The notes below the pieces were generated by a model that saw only the letters and a program-made list of their open reading frames with translations, ran no database searches and was not told the DNA's origin. From positions 1,054,001 to 1,118,000 of the forward strand of contig JBODTK010000015.1 of assembly GCA_050613775.1 (NCBI GenBank): a stretch of DNA of 64,000 nucleotides, given 5' to 3'. Each line of letters begins with the position of its first letter. The first letter of the stretch is position 1. The stretch comes from Neocallimastix sp. 'constans'. Taxonomy: Eukaryota. Below are positions 13,377-26,821 of the stretch, in pieces. The translations under genes and the position numbers were made by a program.

Positions 13377-14838
13377 CATAATTTCATAAAATTTTTCATT
13401 ATATATTTTTATATTTAAATTTTTTAATAATAGTATTAATTTATAGTATAATAATAATAATAAAATAAATAATTATAATATAAACTTACTACTATATAGT
13501 AACAAAAAGTCTTGTCTTGGTGTTCTAAACATTCTTATTGGAATATTATCTGATTTTAATACGAAATCAAACATTGAATTATTTGATAATAAGCTTTGAG
13601 TGGTTAAGGTATTAATATCAACAACTTCAAATCCTTTAATACATCCAATGCATAATGATTTCTTTAAGAATGTTATGGTTCTTGCTTCTGAAGGTATATA
13701 AAATTGCTAAATTTTTTTAAATATATACATATATATAAACATATTTTTGAATTATTAGTTTAAAATTTAATTATATATAATTATGAATAATTATTTATTT
13801 ATATTATATATATATTATTTTTATTTTATTATTATTATTTATTATTATTTTATTTATTTATTTTTTTTTATTTTTATTTTTATTTTATTTTATTTTATTT
13901 TATTTTATTTTTATAATTACCTTATATAAAATTATAGAGTCGTTTAACGATTTATTCTGTTGTAACTTTATTAATCCATCTCCTTTAGGTGCATATATTT
14001 TTATAGTTGAATTTAATGAAGTTGTCTTTACACAACATAATAGATCTCTATCATCACATCTTCCTACAGCAATAAATGTAACATTAGAACATAACTTTTT
14101 AATCTTTCTTAATGAAGGTTTTGTAATATATAAACCATTAACTAATAAATCAATATTAAATGGATAGACTTCTTTGTCTAAAAATTAATTATTAATATTT
14201 TATAATAATAGTTAGTAATATTCATAAAATATATACGTATATATTCAATTCTATTTATATTATTAAATTGAATAATAATTTTTTTTTTTTTTTTTTTTTT
14301 ACTTACTTGCTATAATAAATAATAATTTATATTGAAGCATCACTTCCATATGACTAATTTTGGATAATGGTAATACCAATTTCATCTTATTATCACTTTG
14401 AATATAAACACCATTTTCTGTAGCTAATAAAAAGAGTATATTAGATACATAATTAGCAGCAATAATTTTTGTTCCAGGATTTGTAATTAATGGTATCATT
14501 TTAGTAATTGTTTCCTTCTTAAATTTAGATTGTTGTTTCTTTATACATTCTATCCAAGATTTTTGATCAGAATATACTGTTGTTTGCAATGAATAACTAC
14601 CAACACCTTGATGAACCAAAGTAAATGTATAATATTTTTGACTTTCACTTTTACTACTTCTTTTATGTTTAGAAGACATATCAACTCCATTTTCATTATT
14701 TTCATCTACAATAATAGATAATAATTGAAGAGGAATTGGCTAATTTAAATTACATATAATATAAATTCAAAATAAAATAAAACATTTATAATATTAATAT
14801 ATAATTTTAAAAATATATTAAAAATAATCATAATAATA

Positions 14839-14877
<39 letters not shown>

Positions 14878-16173
14878 AAAAGATTTTTATTAATCATAAA
14901 CTTTTATATATATTAATATTGTTATTTATTAATAAATATTTTCTTATAATATTAATTATTTGAATTTACTTTATTAAAAGTAAATTCAAATTTAATAAAA
15001 AATAAAAAATAAAAAAAAAAAAAAAAGGAATTTATTTTTTTATTTACCTTTTTATAAATTTCAATACTATTAACTTTAGGTTTGGTAATAATTAACATAT
15101 TATCTAATAATACTAATGTAATAGGTATATTTGAGTGATTTTGTGATTCATTAGCATATCTTTTTAATTCTAATTTTCCTTCACGAATAAATTCTCTATC
15201 AGGATTTTCTAATCTTAACATCTATAAAAATATATTTACATATATATTTATATATTTATATATTTATATATTTAATATCGAATTAATAATAATATTAAAA
15301 AAAAAAAAAATCTTTTTTTTTTTATTTATTTATATCTTACCGATATATCATCTTTTCTTTCACTTTCTAAAAGCAGTGACCATTCTTCTAATTTTAATTT
15401 ATTTGTTGCTCTACCTGCTTGATTATTTACTTCCTTTAAAATATTTTCAATACCTTGTAAAGCATCATTTAATAAAATAATATCACGATGACCTTCTGGA
15501 GTATTCTTAATAATATCTTTTAATAAAATTGGATATCTTCCAAGTCTAGTGGTTGGTCTAGCCAAGAAACTTTCAATCGGTAATCTTCTAAATTCTGGCT
15601 TATATTGAGCATTCTATTTTTATTTTAATATATTTAATATAAAGTTTTTAATTTAAAAAAAAAAATTTAATAATAATAATAATAACAATAACAATAATAA
15701 TTTATAAAAAATAAATAAATGATTAATTTAGTATTATTAAATTTAATATTATTATTATTACGAAATAATATATATATATTTTTTTTACCTTGAAAAAGTT
15801 ATTTAAATTTTTATTATTATTTTTTTCAATTTGTAAAATATGTTTTGCTCTAGGTTGAGAACGACCATAACGTTCATAGCAATATAAATTAGGAACAAAA
15901 TCTTTAACAATATCACCAATAGATTCCAGTATTGGCTTACGTTTTTGTAATTCTCTTATATTATCATAAAAGTTTTTATTAACTTCATATAATTCATCAA
16001 TATTATTAAATACATTTCTAACAAATTCTTCACCAATTTTTGGAACTCTTCCTTCAGCTAATGGCTCCATAATTTTCTATTTAATATTAAAAAAAAATTT
16101 TTTTTTTTTTTATAAATTATATATAAATGAAAATATTATTATTTTAATATTCAAATAAAAAATATATATATAT

Positions 16174-16224
<51 letters not shown>

Positions 16225-17016
16225 ATATATATATAAATTATTATAATTATAATATTTACAGTTTTAACAGAAAATAAATCTTCAACATATTCCTTTTCTG
16301 TTTGAATAAATTCATAAATAATTTCCTGACGTTTAATTTCTTTTTTTTCCATTTTTTTAATATAAGGTTTACCAATTGAAGTGGACCATGTATTTTGTAA
16401 TGGTAAAGTATTATTAATTGTTGTTTTAATATGTTCTAATGAAACCTTTTTATTAACTACTTTTTCATAAATTCTTCTCTTAGGACAAGAATAACTGTAA
16501 CATGGTGAATCTTCAAAACATGTTGGAGAATAACATTGTGCAATATTAACTAATACACCAGTTGGATAAGATATTTTATTTTCTTCTTTTTTCTTTTTCT
16601 CATTTAGAGATACTATATAAGATAAAAATAATAACAACATTAATTAATATATAATAAATATTATAAATATAAATAGATAAATAAATAAATAAATATTTAA
16701 TTAATTAAAATAATTACATTCTGACATATTCTTAATTTGTAAATCTGAATCATTTGATATATTATTAATCATTATATTATTACTACTATTTGATTTATCT
16801 AAATTATTTGCTCCTGCTAATGGTAATGCTAAAGTATGCATTTGATAAAACATATCTTTATTATCCATTAATTTATGCATATAAACCACATCATGGAACA
16901 TTCCATTTTCTTCTAATATTTGACCAGTTAATAAAGCTACTTTTCTATCCTCTGTACCTAATATTTCTGCTAATAATGTCTATTTTTATTGATAATTTAA
17001 TATAAAAAATAATAAT

Positions 17017-17054
<38 letters not shown>

Positions 17055-19725
17055 AAATTAAAATTTATAAAAATAAAATATAAAATTAATATTTTATAAT
17101 TTTTTTTTTAAAAAAAATTTTATCTACTTCTATAACAGAAATAAAATAAAATAAAATATTTTTTTTTTTTTTTAAAATTTCATCTACTAAATCTATAATA
17201 AAAATAAAATAAAATAAAATAAAATAAAATAATAATAAGATGATTTTATATAATATATATTATATATTTATATACTTACAACAGCTTCTTCACCAGAAAA
17301 ACAATCCAAATATTCAATATTATCTTTAATATGACATACGAGAGAAATGGTTTCATGAAAATCACTTGCAATTTCAGATAATAAAGGAGAATGATCTACT
17401 AAAGGATATTTATCTCGTAAATCACCAATTTGATAGACTTCGTCATCCATAAACATACTTTCAATTTTTAAATGATCATACTTCATAAGATTATTAAGAG
17501 AATTCGTTGAGCCATATTGAGTTTTTAAATGACCAACTCCTTCAACAAATTCAGATGATGAATCATCCATGGAATAGCCATGAACACTTCTCGGATATTT
17601 ATAATATTTATTAGCATTGCCATTAATATTATTAATATTATTATTATTCATATAATTATTGAATTCATTTCCTTCTTGTGGAATAGCATCCAAATTTGAA
17701 TTATAAAAAGCATTATGAAGATCGGGAGCTGAACAAACAGAACTTCTAGAATTATTACGATAGCTAAAATTAACAAAAGGTGGTCCTTTATTTGACATAC
17801 GATTCGATAGTTCAACAATATTTTCACTGGAAAATGACATCATAGACATGGGTCGTCCACCATTTCTATAATTATCATAATCGGATTCATTTTTCAAACC
17901 AATTATTCTTGGGGAGTAGGATAATCCGGTTAAGGATGGACTACTATAGTAAGAAGAAGTGGATCCATATCTTGGTTTTACCTTACGAGGAGGAATGGAT
18001 GGACCTTCATATACCATACCTTCTTCATATGAGCCATTACGATTTGCAATAAGTTGTGGGGAACGTTGAGGCTTCACAGAAGGTGATATTTTTCCATTTG
18101 GAAAATATTGAGAAGAAACCATATAGCCAGATGTTTGCGATGGTTGAACCGTAGGTGATTGATAATAAGACTGAGATGAAAGTTGTGAAGAAGAATGAGA
18201 TTTAAATATATTATGTTGATTTGGTTGAGAAGATTGTGATAAATTGCTGGAAATAGTTTGTGACCTATAAACATATTGATGTCCTGGTTTAGCTATCATT
18301 GAAGTTACCCTTACAGGAGTAGACAAAGTTGTTGGAGTGGTATTTGTATTGCTTTGAGATGAATTATTATTACCTATTTGTACAGTTGATGAACGATTAA
18401 CGTTTGAAGATTGAGGATTTGAAGGTAAAGGTCTATAATTTTGTGGTATTTGATTTTGTAATGAAGATACAGGGCTTGGAAAAGAATTACGATCTGGATT
18501 ATATTCTGGTGAAGTTTTTTGATAGTTACTATTTTGTGCAGAGGGTAGAGGATTTGATGAAAACTGATTATATGTCGTTGTAGGTAGTACATTTGGATTG
18601 GATGGATTAGGATTGCCTAGTTGATCATTACCATAGAAGTCACTTTTAAAAGTAAATAATGACGATGATCTAACTTTTTTTATTGGAGAATGTGAATTGT
18701 TTTGTGGATAAGAATAGTTACCATCAGAGCTATCATTTGTAATATTCTGTTGTTGAATTCTATTCGTTTGATATAATAAGGGCATTTGGTTTTGCATATC
18801 ATTTGGTTGGTAAATAGAATTTCGAGTATTAACTGAAATACTATAACCATGTGCAGGTGGTTGTGGTGGTGTGGATTGATGAGAGGTAACATTAATTTGA
18901 CGTTGAGGTGGAGGGGGAGGTTCTGAAGAATAATCATTTTGGGTAATACCATAATTAATTGGAGCCTGAGGAGGTATAATATCATTTGTTAGTAATGGGG
19001 ATGATGAATAACTTAATTTTGCACTACTAGACGAATCATATAATCCCGATTTATAAGTTTGTTGATATCTTGAATCATTATCAATAAATAATGATTGCTA
19101 TTAATTTATATAAATGTTTATTTTTTTATTTTTTAAAAAAAAAAAAAAAAAAAAAAAAGTAAAATATTACCATTTAATATTATTAATATCATTATAATAA
19201 TTATATTTATTTTCAATGATATAAAAACATATTTATATCATTTATAACAATAAAATTAATTAAAATAAATAATTTTAATAAAAAAATTATATCTAATACT
19301 AATTTCTATTTTAACTAATATTAAAATAAATATACTAACTGCACGAGGACGTGAACCAACATTCCTAGGTGGCACATCTGGAACAACTATATCTTTTGTA
19401 TTATTTAAAGAGAAAGTATTGATATGTTGAATCTGAATAATTTATTTTATATACATATATATACATATATATATATATATATTTTTTTATTTGGTTTGGA
19501 ATTGATTTAAATTGTTTCGGTTTTTTTCGTTTTTAAAATTTAAAAAAATATATATGAAATTTATTAAATATTAAAATTTTTTCTTTTGTATAGAGACATA
19601 TATACTAATTATTATATTAATATATATATTAATATATAAATTTGAAAAATTGGAAAACTTACATTATATTCATCTTGCTCCTGACGAGTTAAAGCTGAAC
19701 CATAAGTTGTTGATTGTTGAGTCAT
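12990..19725 (-). CDS. ROM2: Rom1/Rom2/Rgf1-family Rho1 guanine nucleotide exchange factor (disordered N-terminus, DEP, DH, PH, CNH), about 12 exons
   Basis: Approximate GT-AG exons: 19725-19663, 19432-19340, 19097-17280, 16979-16718, 16612-16259, 16076-15789, 15614-15341, 15222-15048, 14739-14307, 14177-13921, 13706-13490, 13282-12990. DEP motif FSGEEAV..EDRKVALLTGQILEENGMFHDVVY; family motif CYSPTC..CYSYSCP; DH motifs KRQEIIYEFIQTEKEYVEDL and RPTTRLGRYPILL; CNH motif RSRPDIIFRWFGTP. Confidence 0.9.
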
Positions 19726-21534
19726 TTTTTATTAAATATTTGATTTTTTAACTTTTTTTTAAAAAAAAAATAAATTAAATAAAATAGATTTCTATATAAA
19801 CATGTTATATAAAAGTGACCTTTTTTTTTTTTTCTTTTCTTTGAATAAAAAGAAAGGATATATATTATAAAATTATTATTTATTATTTACTGTAAGAAGA
19901 ATATTCTAAACCAAAAATTTCTTTATACAATTAATTCTGATATATTTAATTATTTTTATAAAAAACTTGATATTTATTGAATTATTTTTATAAAGAATTC
20001 AACAAAAAAACGTAATAATAATAATTATTGATTTCGATAATTAAAATAATTGCATTATTTCTTATTTCTTATTTTTAATTTTTTTTTTTTTTTTTTTTTT
20101 TATTTATTTATTTATTTATTTTTACTTTTTGGTTTTTCTTTCTACAATATTATCAAATTAATATCAAGCTAATGCAATAAGTTATCTATATAATTTAAAG
20201 ATTATAAAAAATAATATTAATAATAGTTATTTTAGAATTTTATATTTATAAAATAGAAAACTTTATATATATTTATAATTTATAAGTAAATTTTGAAACG
20301 TTTTAATATTTAAATATATATAACAAATTATTAATTATATATAAAACTTTTATTAAAAAAATTTTATTTTTTATATTATTAATAATTATACAAATAATTA
20401 AAGTGAAATTTATGTATTTTGTAATAAAATGATTAGATTTTATATATATATATTTTATTTATAGATCTTAAATTTTGTTATTTGATAAAATAAATGCTTT
20501 AGAATATTTCTTATTGTAGTAGTATATTTATTATAAAAAAATAAATTTAATGTATATATTTTATTTATTTATCTTTTTTTTTTTTATAAAACTTTGTACG
20601 AAACACTTATGTAATTTCAATATTATTCACTAATAATTTCATTTTATATAAATTTAATATAAAATTTTTCTTTTAAAATGATAATTATAAAAACAAATAA
20701 ATAATTGAATATTGATTAATGTGAGTAATCATAAAAAAATAAAAAAATAAAAAAAAAAGAATTTAATACTATTTATAATTGGATATTAATAACAAAGGAA
20801 AAATGTATATGAATCGATTATAACCACAAATATTAATTTTTTCTTTGTGTAGTTTATTTATAAGAATATATAAATGTTAAAATATTAATTTATATGAGTA
20901 ATAAAAAAAAAAGTATTTTAATACAATTTATAATTCAATATTAATAAGAATGAAAATGAAATGATAAATTGATAAATCATTTCATAATTAATATATTTAA
21001 TTCAATAATGTATACAATTGAATAATTCCATTAATAATAATTGATATGTAAAAAATATTTATGTATAAAAATATAAATTTTTCAAAATGACAATATTAAC
21101 TGCTAATATAGAATAACAAAAAAAAGAGTATTGGATAATCTTTTGTCTATTGATTTTTCAATATTATTAAATAATATTCGGTTTTTATTTTATTCTTAAA
21201 TAAATTCTTTATTAATTTTATGTTCTTCAAATATTTAAATTAATTTTGTCTAAATATATTAATTACAATTTATTCCTTACTTTATAATTATATTTATTAT
21301 ATTTATTTTTGACAAATGTTATTACTATCTGCCTCTTTTACTCTTTTGCAAAGTAATATTAAAAAAAATTTTTTTAATTTTTTTAAAATATAAAAAGAAA
21401 ATATTTATTATTATAAATATAATTAATATAATATTTATATATTTTTTTAATTTATATGTTAGTATTGTTAATTAAAAAAATAATAGTAAAATATCTTTTT
21501 CGATTATTCATCATCATCATTTTTATTATTATTA

Positions 21535-22145
21535 TTTGTTATTATTTATTATTCAATTATTTATTATTTATTATTATTTATTATTCAATTATTTATTATT
21601 TATTATTAAATTATTTATTATTTATTATTTATTATTTATTATTTATTATTTATTATTTATTATTTATTATTTATTATTTATTATTTATTATTTATTATTT
21701 ATTATTTATTATTCAATTATTATTTATTATTTATTATTATTTATTATTTATTATTTATTATTTATTATTTATTATTTATTATTATTTATTATTTATTATT
21801 TATTATTTATTATTTATTATTTATTATTTATTATTTATTATTTATTATTTATAATTTATTATTTATTATTTATTATTTATAATTTATTATTTATTATTTA
21901 TTATTTATTATTTAATATTTATTATTTATTATTTATTATTTAGTATTTAGTATTTGTTATTTATTATTTATTATTTATTATTTATTATTTATTATTTATT
22001 ATTTAGTATTTAGTATTTGTTATTTATTATTTATTATTTATTATTTATTATTTATTATTTATTATTTATTATTTATTATTTATTATTCAATTATTATTTA
22101 TTATTTATTATTATTTATTATTTATTATTATTTAGTATTTGTTAT
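21535..22145. repeat. (TTATTAT)n heptamer tandem array, about 600 bp
   Basis: ttattat units seen directly; they produce the spurious LLFIIYY ORFs. A similar array lies at about 60070-60270. Confidence 0.9.
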
Positions 22146-25076
22146 TTATTATTTTTAATATTTATTACAATTTATGATATATTAATAATATTAATATTAC
22201 ATAAATTTTATTTATTATACTTTAACCTCGCATATAATATTAAAATAATATTAAAATTAATAAATAAAATATAAAATATATATTAATATTATTATTTATA
22301 TATATTTATATATATATTTTAAATTTAAAGTATACATAAATATATAAGCATATATTTAATAAATAGAAATTCATTTAATATTTATAAATGAATAAATATA
22401 TTTGATATAAAAATAAAATTATTTAATAAATATGAAATTTTTTTTTATTCTTCAAAAATGTTAATGATTAAGATTCGTACATATTACTCTTATATGAAAA
22501 GTTGACTGTATTATATATCTCTTTGAAACATTTATATTGAAATTTAAATATTCACAATATTAATGTATCTATTTCAACTAATGAGGAAACATCAACCATT
22601 ATATATCGAATATATTCTAATTATATAATTAATAGTATTTTATATATTTAAATATATGCCACTAATATATATTTATATATATTATTAATAGAGAATAAAA
22701 AAAAAAGTATTTTTAGTTTGATTGAAAAATATATTGATACTATATGGTCTTTATTTAATATGCTATAATATTAAATATATTATAATTAATATATAATATA
22801 TTTAAAGTTTATAAGCAATTTTAAAATAAAATGAAATAAAGTTTATCCATAAATAAGTATAAAAAAATTTAAAATTATCTTTCATAAAGATTAAATAAAA
22901 GTAAATGAATAATTCAATAAATAACTATTTAAATAAGTGAATTTTTAAATAAATAATTAGCCTTAAGGAATTTAAAAATTTTAATATAATTAGAATGAAA
23001 ATAGAAATTGACACATAATAAATATAAATTAAATTAAAAATTAAAAATTATCCAATATTTAAATGAATAATATTTCACTAAATAAATAAACAATTTTATT
23101 TTATTATAAATATGTAATAAATATTATTTTATATATTTTCATATGGAAAAATTATTTATTTAATTAATTATTGACTTATTTATTCATTTATTCATTCATT
23201 CATTGATTTATTATTAATTATTACTTATTATTTATTATACTATTTATTATTTATTATTTATTACTTAACTATTATTTATTTATTTGTTTATTTACTTATT
23301 TATTTATTTATGTATTATTTATAATTTCTAATTTTTATCCTGGTGCTTAACAGTTAGGACTAACACACATATGGTTTCTGGAACGATCTCGAGACTACTT
23401 CCTGAATTTAAATGAGGCGATTTTCATACTCATAGAGTGTTTTTCCCTATAAATGAAGTTGATGTTCGCTCGCCATCCTATTGCTAGACTATTTAATTGC
23501 TGTTGAAGAAAGCACTTGATCTATGTTGTTCTTCCCTTGATAATGGCTCAAGCGATCAGTGAAAAAACGATTATCATTTAAAGAAGTGTATAGGGAATGT
23601 CTTTTCATATTAGCATTGCTTAAAGAGAAGTCCTAGAAAATGGAACTAAATAAATGAATTAATTTTTTTTTTATGATCAAAATATTTTTTATAATTTTAT
23701 TCTTTTATGGAAGAATATAGACCGAAAACTTAACAAATCTCTTATCTTGGATAGGATTAATTGAAGAACTTAGATAAGATTAGAATTTTATTTTAAATTT
23801 TACTTTATTTTCATTGAAAAGTATAAATAAAGCTTTTGAGTTCTATTTAAGAAATCAAGAGTTATTATTATAATAATTTTAATAATAATAATAATAATAA
23901 TAATAATATAAGTATAAATATAAAAACTTTTTTTTATTTATTAATAATAAAATTTATTTTAATAAAACAAATTATACAATCAAAACCTTCATTCTCTTTT
24001 ATAATTAAAGTATTTTTGTTTATTATAATTTGTTATAATAAACTCAAGAATTAGAAAGAATCATAGGTAAGTATGATTCTTTTCTAAACCTTAAATATTT
24101 ATATTTAATTTTATAATTAAATTATTAAAAAATAAAAAGTTTAATTATTCTAAAACTAAAGGGAATAAATTTAAATATAAAATAATATGTCAATTTTAAG
24201 GTAATTTAGTTATTGAAATCATCCAAAATTATTCGAATTATTCAATCGTTATTACTTTATTATATATATTTTTTTCTTTTGTAATGAATTAATAATAAAA
24301 ATGATTTAAATCTTATTTATAATATTATTTAATGCATAAAAATTTATATTTAAATATTTTAAATATAAAAATCATCATCGACGTGATTTAAGAGTTCTTT
24401 TTAATGAGTCATAACCTCCCCAATTAATTGAGACTTTTGTTTTTGACTTTTTTGCTCATTCAGTAGCTTTAGTTTCTCAGAAGAAAAATATGAACATTGT
24501 CAGTGCAATATTTCCTCTGGTTCACGAGATATTGAAGTTCAAAGATCAGATAAATTCTTAATATTATATACATTATAACGGAGAAATTATTTAATTTTAT
24601 TTAATTATTTAACTTTTATTTTTCATTTTATTATGACTTTAGATTAATATTTTGACTCAATTAAAATTTTCATAATTGATCAGATTTTATGAAGAATTAT
24701 TAATAAAACAATACCTCTTCTAATTTTATATTTTATTGTATTTTGGAGAGTTTATTAATTAATTAGTTTAACTTTCATATACTAAATATACATGTATAAT
24801 ATAAATGTTACTGTAATAATTATATATATATTTATATATTTTTTTTTATATAAAAGTATAAAAAGACGTTAATTAGATTTATAACTAATTTTTTTTTTTT
24901 TTTTTTTTTTTTTTTACATAGATTATTAATATATAAAAAATCTATTATAGTAATAAATAAAGATTGATAAAGTATTGATATTGAAAAGAAACCTTTAAAT
25001 ATATTTTATAATATTTTATAAATTTTTAATAATAAAAAGTGTTCTATTTTTTTTCATTATACATTAACCTTATTTA

Positions 25077-25158
25077 AAGTCCACAAATCCTTTTATAGTA
25101 ATAAAAAGGATTAGAGAATATAAAATATTTAAGTTACTATAAAAGGATTTGTGGACTT
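25077..25158. repeat. Perfect 25-bp inverted repeat with 32-nt spacer (MITE-like)
   Basis: aagtccacaaatccttttatagtaa (25077-25101) and ttactataaaaggatttgtggactt (25134-25158). Confidence 0.85.
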
Positions 25159-25860
25159 CAATTAAATTATTTAAAAATTTATAATAATTTCTAATTCCAT
25201 ATTAGAAATTTTACAAAAACACACTGATACTATTAAATCTTTTATATTTATTTATTTAATTTTTTTTTTTTTTTTTTATTAATAATTACTTTATTATTAT
25301 TATTATTATTATATTATTATTATTATTATTATTTATTATTTATGAATATTTATTTTTATTTTTAATTTATTTATTTATTTATTTATTTATTATTGTTATT
25401 ATTATTAAATATTATAATAATATGAATAGCACATATTGAATAATATAATATAATATAATAAAATATAATAGTTAAAATTAATTATAAAACTTTATTAAAA
25501 ATATTAATATACTCTAAATATAATTATTATGAATAATTATTATGTAATTATATACAACTCGAAAAATTCTTTTTGTTATTTATTACCTCTATTAGCTCTA
25601 ATGTCTTGTTATTTCTACAATTGAGTAGTCCAAACTTTTCGAAGGTTATCTATTAAATATCATTCTTAATAGAATATAGAATAGGGTAAATACTTCCAAT
25701 ACGGTCTATTTTGATTTCAATAATAAAATTTAAAATCAGTATCATCAATGTCAGTAATATTTTATTTTCTTTTATATATATAATTTTACTGATCATTCTT
25801 ACTTTTTATATAGGATAACATAAAACATAAATGCCAAACCTACATCCTATATATCATACA

Positions 25861-25899
<39 letters not shown>

Positions 25900-26310
25900 C
25901 CCCTTTACATTTGACAAAGACACAAAGTTCACTAACTAATTTCTTAATATTTTATTTCTTTAATGGTTTGACTGAAGAACTCATTCTATCTTCCTATTGT
26001 TTATCCTCTTTTAGGTTTGCATATAAATAATGTGTTTTTAACAACTAAACTGTCTAATTCGATTATTATTTTCAGCAACAATTGATATTACAAATTCTCA
26101 TGAGAGGATATACTTCTATTACTATAACTAATAATTATAATTGAAACCATAGAAATTTTAATTATTTATAAGTCAATTTAATAAAGATAGTTATTAACTA
26201 TTTCTTTAATTTGAATTTTTTTTTATTTTTTATTTTTTTTTATTTTTTTTTTTCTTTTGAACTACTATTTATTGTAATATATTTACAAAAAAAAGTCTAT
26301 AATTTAAAAT

Positions 26311-26343
<33 letters not shown>

Positions 26344-26483
26344 AAAAAAAAAAAAAAAATAATAAAAATAATAATTAAAATAATAATTAAAATAATAATT
26401 AAAATAATAATTAAAATAATTATTAAAATAATAATAAAAATAATAAAAATAATAAAAATAATAAAAATAATAATATAAAAAAA

Positions 26484-26541
<58 letters not shown>

Positions 26542-26821
26542 TAATTGCTAAATAAGTTCATTTTATATTCATAAATAATCAACTTAAATATTTAACTATC
26601 ATTTAAATGTATAGGTATTCAATATATTTAACTTTTTATCTATTTTTACAATGGTTTAATGATACTGTTGTGCCACTTCAAATTAATAATATAAATTATA
26701 TTCATATATTAAAAATTTTTTATAAAAAATATATATACATACTTTTTTTTTTTTTTTTTTTTTTATAAAAAATTTTTAATTCTTAAATGTTTGTTTCTTA
26801 TTCTATATACATATTATTTAT

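Noticed and set aside
14299..18985. Treating the separate minus-strand ORFs as independent genes
   Set aside because: They join through GT-AG introns into one DEP-DH-PH-CNH RhoGEF.
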